From NCBI RefSeq assembly GCF_009914755.1, contig NC_060941.1: a stretch of 64,000 bases of DNA, one strand, 5' to 3'. The notes under the pieces are model-generated. The model did not search any database. It was not told where the DNA came from and saw nothing but the letters and a program-made list of their open reading frames with translations. The DNA comes from the human T2T-CHM13v2.0 reference genome, Homo sapiens. Shown here piece after piece: positions 1-43,087 of the stretch. Position 1 is the first letter of the stretch. Each line of letters starts with the position of its first letter. Both the position numbers and the translations under genes were made by a program.

Positions 1-221
1 CCTTGGTTTTGCCTTTCCCGCGTCCCAGTGTCCCGTCTTTGGGGTTCTGGACGAGGTCAGGGCGGAAAGGCCTCCTGGGCTTTCGGAGTGCCTTTCGGCC
101 TCGCGTCCCGTGAGGAAGGGGTTCAGGGACAGCCACTGAGTGAGACCGAGAGGAAAGATCCCTGCTCCCTGGACTGCTGGACCGGCTCGCACCACAGAAG
201 CCAGATGTGGCCCCTGTATAG

Positions 222-535
<314 letters not shown>

Positions 536-637
536 AGCCCGTGTAGATTCTATTGCCAGACCCAACTATTGTTTCTCTTACTGATTCTGCTTGTGCTTTA
601 CTTGGGACGGGTCTCACCCCCGTGTTCTTTCTCCCAG

Positions 638-5612
<4,975 letters not shown>

Positions 5613-6172
5613 TGGAGAGACACCCGGGGCCTGGCCACGCTCTGGGGCAACTGGCACCAGGAGCTGCTACACCTGGGTAGGAGAGAGGCAGGCCATGCCA
5701 GCAGTGTGGGGTGAGGCCTCCAGCTACTTGTTCACACGTTGGGCACTAGTGGGTCCACATCTTGCAGGGGGTGAGTGCCCGATGGACTAGGGCCAAGGCC
5801 TGGTTGACAGACGGCCCGTGGGGCCCGGTGTCACTCACAGCTCCATCTCTTTGTTTTGAATGTCCATTCTGAGTCTCAGCCCAGGTGGACCTTAGGAAGG
5901 GCTGGATCCCTGTCCCTGAACACCAACTACCGAGACAGCTGATGAGGCTGGCTCAGTGTGTGACGGAGGCCCCCGGGAGTCAGCAGAGCCGAGCGTACAG
6001 TGCACATCAGGCAGAGCAGGCCACGGGCAGGGACGACGCATCGGGACAGGGCTCTGCAGGGGACCGTGACTACAGGCCAGCTGTGAGTGGTCCCCTGCAG
6101 AGGCTGCCCACCCAAGGTTTGGTTGGGGTGAAACATGATGACAACACATACACTTAAGAAGGTGGGAACCGG

Positions 6173-6316
6173 GGGCCGGGCGCGGTGGCTCACACCTGTA
6201 ATGCCAGCACTTTGGGCAGCTGAGGCGAGTGGATCACCTGAGGTCAGGAGTTCGAACCAGCCTGGCCAACATGGTGAAACTGCATCTCTACTAAAAATAC
6301 ACGAAGAAAAAAAAAA
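6173..6316 (+). repeat. Alu left monomer in the CCDC137 3'UTR
   Basis: ggccgggcgcggtggctcacacc…ctactaaaaatac followed by an A-run; gtgggaac flanks both sides. Confidence 0.85.
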
Positions 6317-6585
6317 CAGTGGGAACAGAGTTGTCACCTACCTAACAGGGCTCTGAGAGAGCCGGGAGGCCCAAAGTGGCTGGAAGAAGGTAAAGGAAAA
6401 ATCCTGTCTTGGGCTCAAGGTCACAGAGTGGGGCCCAGGGGGAGTTCCTGCTGAGGGCAGGGCCTTGCCAGGCTTCAGTCTCCAGTGCCAAAGGAGGAAA
6501 TGCCCAGGCTGTCAGCATTTCCAGATGAGAGCAGAAGGGAGAAGCTTAAACCCAAGTCACACATCCAGCAATGGAGTCCGACAGC

Positions 6586-6825
6586 CCAGCACCATCTGGG
6601 AACTGAGAAGCACCTCTGCCCGGCCCCCACACCGTGTGGAAAGTGAGGAGCACCTCTGCCTGGCCGCCACCCCGTCTGGCAAGTGAGGAGCGCCTCTGCC
6701 CGGCCGCTGTGCAACCTTCCAAGTGTGAAGTGACAGCCTTGTGTGTGATGTTTTCTGCCTTCCCCAAGTTTGCACTTTCGACATTAAAGTTTACTTTTTA
6801 GTTAAAAGTTTTAAATTGGAGAATA
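6586..6825 (+). mobile_element. SVA2-like sequence: 3 x 40-bp SVA-type VNTR units plus unique 3' tail
   Basis: Exact 40-bp period (…tctgg(g/c)aa(c/g)tgag(a/g)agc(a/g)cctctgcc(c/t)ggcc) over 6586-6705, then gctgtgcaaccttccaagtgtgaagtgacagcc…gacattaaagtttacttttt, resembling the recalled SVA2 3' unique region. Confidence 0.75.
6783..6788 (+). terminator. Probable CCDC137 polyadenylation signal (ATTAAA)
   Basis: ATTAAA about 1.17 kb after the stop codon, followed by T-rich sequence; lies inside the SVA2-like tail. Confidence 0.7.
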
Positions 6826-7159
6826 TATATTTAAAGTCAGGGCTGTTTTCCTCTTATGGGCATGTTTCCCACCTTGTGATGGACCTGGCGGCCCCAGCCC
6901 TCGCGTTGGGATGTTGTTTTTGCAGCAGCCAGAACTCAGCCCCAGATCACAAGCAGCAGCTGGAAGGGGGTGGCCTTTCCCTGGGAAAGGGCTGGGACGG
7001 CAGCGGGTGGCACTCCCACTCGCTCAATGCCTTTGGTTTTGGGTGTCAGATCGGCCCGTGTATGGCTAAGCAAAGGGATCCCACAGGGCTGGGAAAGTGC
7101 TCATGCTCTCCACTGCATCCATGATTCTCAGGTTTTAGCTGCTGGAAGGGAAACCCCTG

Positions 7160-8172
<1,013 letters not shown>

Positions 8173-8281
8173 TGATTTTTTTTGAAGAAAAAAATTAATG
8201 TTACAATTTCACATACCGTATAATGCTATCCTTTGATTAGCGTTTAGTTTGATGGGAACTCCAAACTGTTAAAGAAAATTC

Positions 8282-8510
8282 AGGCCAGCTGTGGTGGCAC
8301 CATGCCTGTGGTCCCAGCTACTCGGGACGCTGAAATGGGAGGTTCACTCAAACCTGAGAGGTCAAGGCCGCCCCACCATCTGGGAAGTGAGGAGTACCTC
8401 TGCCTGGCTGCTGCACCGTCTGGGCCTGTGAGCCGTGATTGTGCCTCTGCACTCCAGCCTGGGCTGTAACAGAGCAAGACCCCCATCTCTAAAACAGAAA
8501 AGAAAAAAAA
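8282..8510 (+). repeat. Old Alu monomer (FRAM/AluJ right arm) interrupted by about 1.5 SVA-type VNTR units
   Basis: ggccagctgtggtggc…cccagctactcggga…gtcaagg[VNTR 8366-8424]tgtgagccgtgatt…ccagcctggg…A-tail. Confidence 0.75.
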
Positions 8511-8665
8511 TTCCTATCCAGGTGCTACATCTGCGCTGAGAAGAGTCCACGAGCAGAGACGACTCTGAGAACAGTGGTGTCCTCAGCAGCATCAATTTCC
8601 CCAGACTCAGGAGAGAATTGGGCTCTGGCATGTGCACTGAGGGGGGTCCAGCATGCCTGGCCCCA

Positions 8666-9651
8666 TGTGGGCGGCAAGCCACCCGGGTGCCAAGGCAAGA
8701 GACTGAGGACACGAGCTGTTCCAGTATAATAAAATATAAGAATAGTTATACCAGACATAGATCTTAGATATGATTATATATGAATCATGAATCATTAGTT
8801 TATAGCAATTACTCTTTATTCCAATATTATAATAATCCTCGCTCTATAATCATAACCTAGGAAAAGCCAGGCCATACAGAGATAGGAGCTGAGGGGACAT
8901 AGTGAGTGAGGTGTGACCAGAAGACAAGAGTGCGAGCCTTCTGTTATGCCCAGACAGGGCCACCAGAGGGCTCCTTGGTCTAGCGGTAACGCCAGCATCT
9001 GGGAAGACGCCTGTTGACAAGCGGACCGTGGTCTAGCGGTAGCGTTAGTGTCAAGGAAAAACACCCGCTACTTAGCGGACCGGGAAAGAGTCTCCCTTTC
9101 CCCAGGGGAGTTTAGAGAAGACTCTACTCCTCCACCTCCTGTGGAGGGCCTGACATCAGTCAGGCTCGCCCGCAGTTATCCGGAGGCCTAACCGTCTCCC
9201 TGTGATGCTGTGCTTCAGTGGTCACGCTCCTAGTCCGCCTTCACGTTCCATCCTGTACACCTGGCTCTGCCGTTTAGTTAGCAGTAGCAAATTAGTGAAA
9301 AGTCTCTGATAAGCAGAAATAATAATGTAAGCTGTTTATCTCCTTCTCCTCTCTCTCTCTCTCTGCCTCGGCTGCCAGGCAGGGAAGGGCCCCCTGTCCA
9401 GTGGACACGTGACCCACGTGACCTTACCTATCATTGGAGACGGCTCACATTCCTTACACTGCCCCTTTGTCTTGTATCCAATAATATCAGTGCAGCCTGG
9501 CATTCGGGGCCGCTACCGGTCTCCACAACTTGGTGGTAGTGGTCCCCCAGGCCCAGCTGTCTTTCATCTCTGTCTTGTGTCTCTATTTCTACACTCTCTC
9601 ATCTCTGCACATGGGGAGAGACCCACCGACCCTGTGGGGCTGGTCCCTACA
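8666..9651 (+). mobile_element. Solo ERV LTR, LTR13 family (ERVK/HML-4)
   Basis: 986 bp, TG…CA termini (tgtgggcggcaagccaccc … ggggctggtccctaca), perfect 5-bp target-site duplication CCCCA at 8661-8665 and 9652-9656; termini match recalled LTR13. Confidence 0.88.
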
Positions 9652-10178
9652 CCCCAGAACAGCCGCTGAGTGCAGGGACCCTAAGGTTGGGTGGGGGTCT
9701 GGGTGACAAGGCCAGGGGAGTCCCCAGCACCCCTCACCCACCCTGCAGGACACCCCAATTGACACTGTGTGCCAGCGAAGTGGGGACCTGATGGTTTTGA
9801 GAACGTGGGTTATTGAAAGTGGCCTGCAGCACACGGCCTGTCAGGAGCAGGCAAGGAGGGTCCTTATCCACCCACCCCGAGACCGTCCTCCCGTGGCACC
9901 ATGCCACGCCTGCGTAGGGCTCCCTGGCTGGAACCCACCCTTGAAAACCGCCTGAGGAGGTGCCAGAGTGTGGCTGCCAGCTCCAGACCACGTCGGCTCC
10001 ACCTGCCTGGAACCCAGCTGCCACCAGCGCTGGCTGGGAACACAGGCTTGCTGTTTTCTCCGGGTATTGGGAAACCCGTACTCTTAGGACTCATTCAGGA
10101 TCAGCATGTCCAGCCCAAGGATTGCTTCAGGAAAGGCACTCCCTCCCAACTAAAGGAACGTTCCGCCAAGCAAGCTGA

Positions 10179-10577
<399 letters not shown>

Positions 10578-10682
10578 ACACTTGGCCATTTCAACCAGGC
10601 TTTGCTAAAGTCCTCTGAAATTGGGGGACTGAAACCCAATTACTGGGATCACAAGTTGCCTGTGAAATCTGCAAGGACCTGC

Positions 10683-12191
<1,509 letters not shown>

Positions 12192-12264
12192 GGTACTAAC
12201 AGGACAGACACCTCAGGTGTCTAGTAGCTGTTTGGTGGTGGTAAGAGGCAGGGGGAGCAGTGCA

Positions 12265-12360
12265 TGGGGATTCATGTGGTGTCTAAGAAGGTGGCATCCA
12301 GGCCAGGCGCAGTGGGGATTCATGTGGTGTCTAAGAAGGTGGCATCCAGGCCAGGCGCAG
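12265..12360. repeat. Perfect 48-bp tandem duplication at an Alu 5' junction
   Basis: tggggattcatgtggtgtctaagaaggtggcatccaggccaggcgcag twice (12265-12312, 12313-12360). Confidence 0.95.
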
Positions 12361-12643
12361 TGGCTCATGCCTGTCATCCCAGCACTTTGGGAGGCCAAGG
12401 CAGGTGATCACGAGGTCAGGAGTTCAAGACCAGCCTGGCCAAGATGATGAAACCATCTCTACTAAAAATACAAAATTTAGCCGGGTGCGGTGGCAGGCGC
12501 CTGTAATCCCAGCTACTCAGGAGGCTGAGGCAGGAGAATTGCTTGAACCTGGGTGGCAGAGGTTGCAGTGAGTCGCTGAGATTGCACCACTACACTCCAG
12601 CCTGGGCGAGAGTGAGACTCTGTCTCAAAAAAAAAAAAAAAAA
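12349..12643 (+). repeat. AluS with TSD aaggtggcatcca
   Basis: TSD seen on both sides of the element. Confidence 0.9.
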
Positions 12644-12950
12644 GGTGGCATCCAACAGGGCACAGGCTGTGTACAGTTGAGAGCCCATGACACACTGGAA
12701 AGCAGAGATTGGAGCCCGAGCCACCCTGAAGCACACGCCGTGCTGCGAGCTTTTCCCAGGCATCGCACATAGCCCTCCACAGGAATAAAGACCCATTTCC
12801 CCACAAGCAAAGTGCAGCAGGTTTGTGCCACGGAGGAGGGTGGTGGGTGCGAGGCTCCTTCCATGACCGAAGGAGCCTAGGCTGCCAGCTGGGAAAACAT
12901 CTGTAGAAAATTCACATCTATTCTCAGGACTATAGGGTTTCTTATTCAAT

Positions 12951-13326
12951 TGTTGTAGTCAAATGACGGCCCCTAAAAGGTGTGTCCAAATTATAACCCC
13001 TGGAACAAGCAAGAGTGACCTTGTTTGGAAAATAGGGCATTTGCAGATGTAATGAGGAATCATCCTGGATTTTCAACGACAGATGTCCTTGTAAGAGAAC
13101 ACAGAGGCACAGGAGAGAAGCTGCGTGAAGGTGGAGGTGGAAACAGGCTTTGCAGGCCACAGCCCAGGGGCGCCGAGGAGCACCGCAGCCACTACGCAGG
13201 CAAGGCACGGATGCTCCTTCGGAGCCTCCAGAAGGAAACTACCCTGGTGAAAGCCCAGCTTTGGACTCTGGCCTCCGGAACTAAGAGAGCAAATTTGTGT
13301 TGTTTTGGCAGCTGCAGGACACTGAC
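12951..13326 (+). mobile_element. MLT1 (ERVL-MaLR) LTR remnant
   Basis: ggcccctaaaa…gtgaccttgtttggaaaatagggcatttgcagatgtaat…tggcctccggaact…aaatttgtgttgtttt, typical MLT1 motifs. Confidence 0.75.
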
Positions 13327-13491
13327 CCGTCAATCAACACTCCCACAAGTGGCCATGGCTGAGAACCAAAGTCAAGGAAGGGCACTGGGGAACCATGGGA
13401 GGCACGGCCACCATTTCCTGTGCTTCATCTGAGCCCCACCTGGCACACCTGTGGGGCGTTTCACGGCAATACCTGTTCACTGAACAAGTGA

Positions 13492-15437
<1,946 letters not shown>

Positions 15438-16488
15438 AAGTAGCTTTAAACAAAGCTTTGGGAACAAGCAGAAGCAGAGGGAATCGAGTTTTATGAAGAC
15501 GACCTGGTGTCACTCGTCTCTGTCCTCATGTGGCCATCAGTTCTCCATACTGGTATCCGCGGCACAGGCCTTATCAAGATGAGACCAACCAGAGGTACGT
15601 ATAAGTCCAACATAAACACAGACGTACCGGGGAGTGACACAGAGGGCCAAGTCTGTTCTCTGCGGAGCAGCAGCCCTGCCCTCAGCAAGCCCTCTGTGAG
15701 CTCCTACCGGGGGCCTGGGAGCGCAAGCACCAGAAACCAGACAGGGTGCCCAGCAGGAAGCAACACTAGCTAAGACCTATTTCCATGAGTAGTATAGTCA
15801 CTAAATAACCCAAACCCCTTTCTACACACAGCAAGGTTGGGGACTGGACGTCACAGAAATGTAGACACACTTCCCTAAAGGAAGCCCATATAGGATTACA
15901 ACCCACCAGGAGAGAACGGCAGTTTCCATAGTAACTGGACCAGATGGGGCCCATGCACCCCCCAAGCTCCCGGATGGTGATCTTTCTCTGTGCCACGATG
16001 TCAGTAAGATTGGTGCCCACCTATAGGAAAAACCACGATGCAAAGAGAACAATACAACCGCTGTCCCGTTGTGAACTCCTGAAGAGCACCGTGCCCACAC
16101 CTTACACGGTGGCCTGAACCCCGCAGACCCATTCTCCCTAACGCAGGAACGGCGAGCAGGGACCGACGCCCATCAGTAGCTGGACTCGCTGTGGGGGCGA
16201 CCAGCCACAGGAAGCCGTTGCGAGGGGAGAGGAAGTGCCCGTGGAGGGCGGCAGGCCCCCTCATCCCGCGCCAATTATCCTCAGCTCGGGCCGTCCCCCG
16301 CTCCCGAAGGCTGGCCTTAAGTCACGACCTGACCCGCTGCGCCTCGGCGTGCACTTAGAGGAGCCCGGAGCTCTTCGCCAAGCGCAGAACTGACCCCCCG
16401 CAACTCCACCCGCGGGGGCGGACACCTACCGTGGGCCGTGTCGGGGGCGGCTCCCCCAGGTCGCCTTTCCCATCCCGGGAGCTCACCT

Positions 16489-16586
16489 GTGCGAAGCGGT
16501 CAAGGACCCGAGCAGCTAAAGGGTGAGTCCCCGCCCCAGTCCGGGTGCCCCCCGCGCCCCGGTCCCGTCCCCGCGCGGAAGGATAT
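16489..16586 (-). other. ARL16: U12-type (minor spliceosome) AT-AC intron 1 of ARL16
   Basis: 5' splice site ATATCCTT, branch TCCTTGAC (16506-16499), terminal AC; 98 nt; removal restores G|AG GTG AGC (E-V-S) in frame. Confidence 0.93.
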
Positions 16587-16699
16587 CCTGCAGCCGTTTC
16601 ACCAGCAGCGTCTTCCCGACGCCCGTGGCCCCCAGCAGGAGACACATTCCGTGCTTCGCTCCACCCGGCACCCGTAGCTCGGCGCCGCGGCGCAAGGCC

Positions 16700-16960
16700 C
16701 GCCCACCGGCCACTCTCATTGGATAGTTCTCACCTTCGGACTTCTCATTGGTTCTTAGGGCTCATTGTTCCAAGGGCGCGTCCAATTAGCGCGCAGCGTT
16801 AGCGGGAGAGCGGAAGACCCCGCCTCCTCGCGGCTCTAGGGCCGGCGCGGTGACGTGCGCGTGCGCGCACTGGAGGGAAAAGGCGGAAGCGGAAGTCGGG
16901 GGGCGCGCCAGCTCGTAGCAGGGGAGCGCCCGCGGCGTCGGGTTTGGGCTGGAGGTCGCC
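16700..16960. promoter_or_regulatory. Bidirectional CpG-island promoter shared by ARL16 and HGS
   Basis: Head-to-head ATGs about 240-315 bp apart in a CpG island (about 16100-17330). CCAAT boxes at 16718-22, 16747-51 and 16782-86; CRE-like TGACGT at 16851; NRF1-like GCGCGTGCGC at 16857; tandem ETS/GABP CGGAAGCGGAAGT at 16884-16896. Confidence 0.88.
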
Positions 16961-34522
<17,562 letters not shown>

Positions 34523-35002
34523 CCCAGGCCATGCTCACGTCCGGAGTAACACTACATACAGTTCACCTGAAACGCCTCGTCTCTAACTGCCGTCGTCCTG
34601 CCTCCCTGTCCTCTACTGCCGGTAGTGTCCCTTCTCTGCGAGTGAGGGGGGGCCTTCACCCCAAGCCCACCTCCCTTGTCCTCAGCCTACTGCAGTCCCT
34701 GAGTTAGTCTCTGCTTTCTTTCCCCAGGGCTGGGCCATGGGGAGGGAAGGACTTTCTCCCAGGGGAAGCCTCCAGCCCTGTGGGTCATGGTCTGTGAGAG
34801 GTGGCAGGAATGGGGACCCTCACCCCCCAAGCAGCCTGTGCCCTCTGGCCGCACTGTGAGCTGGCTGTGGTGTCTGGGTGTGGCCTGGGGCTCCCTCTGC
34901 AGGGGCCTCTCTCGGCAGCCACAGCCAAGGGTGGAGGCTTCAGGTCTCCAGCTTCTCTGCTTCTCAGCTGCCATCTCCAGTGCCCCAGAATGGTACAGCG
35001 AT

Positions 35003-35008
35003 AATAAA
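35003..35008 (+). terminator. HGS poly(A) signal AATAAA
   Basis: About 480 nt after the HGS stop codon, followed by T-rich sequence. Confidence 0.85.
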
Positions 35009-35044
35009 ATGTATTTCAGAAAGCATCAGCGTTTTTTCTTTAAT

Positions 35045-35330
35045 TAATTTTTTTGAGATGGAGTCTCACTCTGTCACCCAGGCTGGAGTGGTGATCTCCG
35101 CTCACTGCAAGCTCCGCCTCCTGGGTTCAAGCGATTCTCGGGCCTCAGCCTCCCGAGTAGCTGGACTACAGGTGCACCCCATTACCATGCCTGGCTAGTT
35201 TTTGTATTTTTAGTAGCGACGGTGTTTCACCATGTTGGCCAGGCTGGTCGTGAACGCCTAACCTCAGGTGATCCACCTGCCTCGGGCTCCTAAAGTGCTG
35301 GGATTACAGGCATGAGCCACCGCGCCCGAC
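35045..35330 (-). repeat. Alu just downstream of HGS
   Basis: Alu consensus. Confidence 0.88.
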
Positions 35331-35899
35331 CTGCATCAACGTTTGCTCAGGGGGCAGGTGGTCAGGCTGATGGCCCAGCTGCAGGCAGGGTCATTTCCAG
35401 CCTGCCCCTCCCTGAGGCTGCGTGCCAGGGTTCATGTGTGCCCTCCGCGGCTCTGCACTGACCCCGCCGGTAGCTGGGGAGGAGTTTGGGCTTGGCGCCT
35501 CCTTCGTGTAGTGGCTGAAGCTTCCCGGGTGCTCCTCATTCCTGGGAAGGGAGTCGGGTGATGGGAACGGTGGGAGCTCAGCGCTCCGAGTCTGCGGCCG
35601 GGGGCCAGCGGGGCTGAAACGCGCCTCCTGAGTGTTGAAAGCGGCAGGCGCCGGCCTTTGCACCCAGAGGCCAGGGCGTCTCACTCACCTTCACATCCAG
35701 GCCTCTTAGGGGAGCGCGGCTTTGGCTTTTCCAGGAAGGAATGGACTCCAACGGACAGAGAAGAAGTGTGGAGAGACGGGCAGGATAAGCAGGCACTGGG
35801 CCCAAGCCGCCCTTGGAGGCTCTGCCTGTTCTGATCTGAAGGCGGAGGCTCAGCCGTGCTCTCCCAGGAAGCCACCTGGGCGTTTGGGGCTTTAGCTAG

Positions 35900-40138
<4,239 letters not shown>

Positions 40139-40397
40139 CCTCCAGCTCGGAGGACTTGTGTTCAGGGGTCCTGGGCCCCGGGCGAGGTCCCGCCCTCCCG
40201 TGGTCACTGGCTCCGCCCCCAGCACCAGGCGCCCAGTGGAGCCGTTTGGGAGAATTGCCTGCGCCACGCAGCGGGGCCGGACAGGCCGCACAGACCTACT
40301 GTGGCGGGAGGGAGGGGCGGCTGCTGCCTGGTGACGGCACCCGGAGGCCCACCAGGACGCGCCACCGGTGAATGTGCCTCTGGTGGCTGCTGAGAAA

Positions 40398-40403
40398 AAT
40401 ACA
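40398..40403 (+). terminator. Probable MRPL12 poly(A) signal, variant hexamer AATACA
   Basis: Only PAS-like hexamer seen in the 3'UTR; GT-rich sequence follows. Confidence 0.6.
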
Positions 40404-40417
40404 CTGTGCAGCTCAGT

Positions 40418-40525
40418 GTGTGGAGTGCCGTGCTCAGGCCGGGCTGCCGGGCCAGTGCGGGGATCCGGGCAGCGTGTGGAGTGCGGTGCTCAGGCCGAGC
40501 TGCGGGGCCAGTGCGGGGATCGAGG
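40418..40525. repeat. 56-bp imperfect tandem repeat (2 copies) just after the MRPL12 poly(A) site
   Basis: gtgtggagtgc(c/g)gtgctcaggccg(g/a)gctgc(c/g)gggccagtgcggggatc at 40418 and 40474. Confidence 0.85.
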
Positions 40526-42229
40526 CTGGTACGGGATGGGAGGCTTGTTCCCTGCCTCCTCAGCAGACATCTGAGAGTCTACAGACATTCATCAGGTCCC
40601 CGGTGTGCAGGGCCCTGTCCTGAGACCCCACAGTGGGCCTGGTGGACGGCAGTGGTGTGGAGGACCTGGGCAGCGGGAACCCTCCCTGTTTTCAGTGTTG
40701 GCCCTCTTTAAGGCAACAGGAAGTTCAGCACTCGCCTGAGAAACCGAGGCAGCCTTGGAGCCGGCGATGCCACCCCTAGCTTAGGCTGCAAGTACCGCTG
40801 AACCTAAACCCGGCCACGGGGCTGCGCAGGGGGATTGGGGAGGGGTGTGGGATGCACCTGCCATCTGCAGGGTTGGGGTGTCAGCTGTTCCTCTGGGGCC
40901 CTTAAGTGGGGTATCCTGGGACCTGGGCAAAGCGGCAGGAGGGGCTTGTGGACATGGGGACCGGGAGTGCCGTGGTCAGCTTGGAGCACTGGTCACTGTG
41001 CACTTGGTGAGGTGTGGCCCAGTGCTGGGCAGCCCTTGGCAGCCACTCTCGGGCTGCAGACCCCTTGGTGCCACTGCTGAGTACAGGGGGTGTGGCCCCA
41101 TGGCCTGGCTGGAACGGCCAGGGCCTTGCTTTGAGGACCCGTGGCCTCCTTTTCTTGGGCACACCTGTTTTCAGCCAAGCCTGGGAGAGAATCAGCGAAT
41201 TTCTGTCTCAGCTGGCCCGTGACCAAGGCCAGCCCCCAGGCTGTGGGCCCACAATGAGGCCAGAGACAGGCCATGTTCCGCACCTGCTTCGGGAAACATG
41301 CCTGGTGTGATGGCCCCGTAGGCTGCCATGCCCTCCAGCCTCAGTTTTCCTGGTGGAAGGATCCCTTGGATGGGACCAGAAAGGGGCACCGTGTGTCTGG
41401 AAGCTGCCCACTGGCTGGGACTCCTGGGGGAGCGGGAGGGGCAGGGAGTTTCAGGCTCACTGTGCGTGTACACCCTGCCTGGCCCAGGTCCTCTTCCAAG
41501 GCCTTCTGGTAGAGTTTCTCTGACTAACCTGCTGTCCCCAGGAAAGGCTGTCCCAAGCCAAGCCTGGAAGTCCCCATTGGCCATGGTATCCATTTTGAGG
41601 GGTTAATGGTCTTCCCTCAGGAGGTGACACTGCCACCTGGAGCTGGGTGCATTCTGCCTGGTGCCCTGCTGACCCCAACTGCCTTTCCCCTCTGGAAGGC
41701 AGCGAACATCTGAGCTCAGGGACGAGCCCTGCTTGGGGTCAGACAGACATGCTGTCTTCATCCAGGCTGCACCCAGGCCAGATAGACCAGCAAAATCTCT
41801 GCCCGCGACTCCTCGCTGTCTACCCTGGCTCAGGCGTCTGCCAGGCCACTCGCAGGAGCCACCGAGAGGCCCTTTCCTCCCTGCCGGGGGACCCCCAAAA
41901 TAACCTGTGGATGCCAAGCAGCAGGACACTGCGGTGGATGCCAGGCCGCAGTCGGAGGCTGGACGGGGAGCCCTGTACCGTGAGCTTGCTCAGTCTGCCC
42001 CAACCACCCCCTTGGGCCTACCGACATAACTTACGATCCGTTTGAGAATCCATCAGGGATCCTTGTGAGTCCCCGACCTGCAGTTCTAGATTCATCATTT
42101 GAAAAAGCCTCTGGCCCTGGATGCATTTCCTGTTTTCAGGATTCCTCGCCTTCTGACTGCTCTCCCGGCATCTCTAGCTCACGGAGTTCACAAACTTCAG
42201 TCCCCTACAGCTCCTTGCACTTTTGTTCT

Positions 42230-43087
<858 letters not shown>

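Noticed and set aside
6586-6825. Canonical full-length SVA insertion
   Set aside because: No CCCTCT hexamer, Alu-like region, SINE-R or A-tail; only VNTR plus a non-SINE-R tail.
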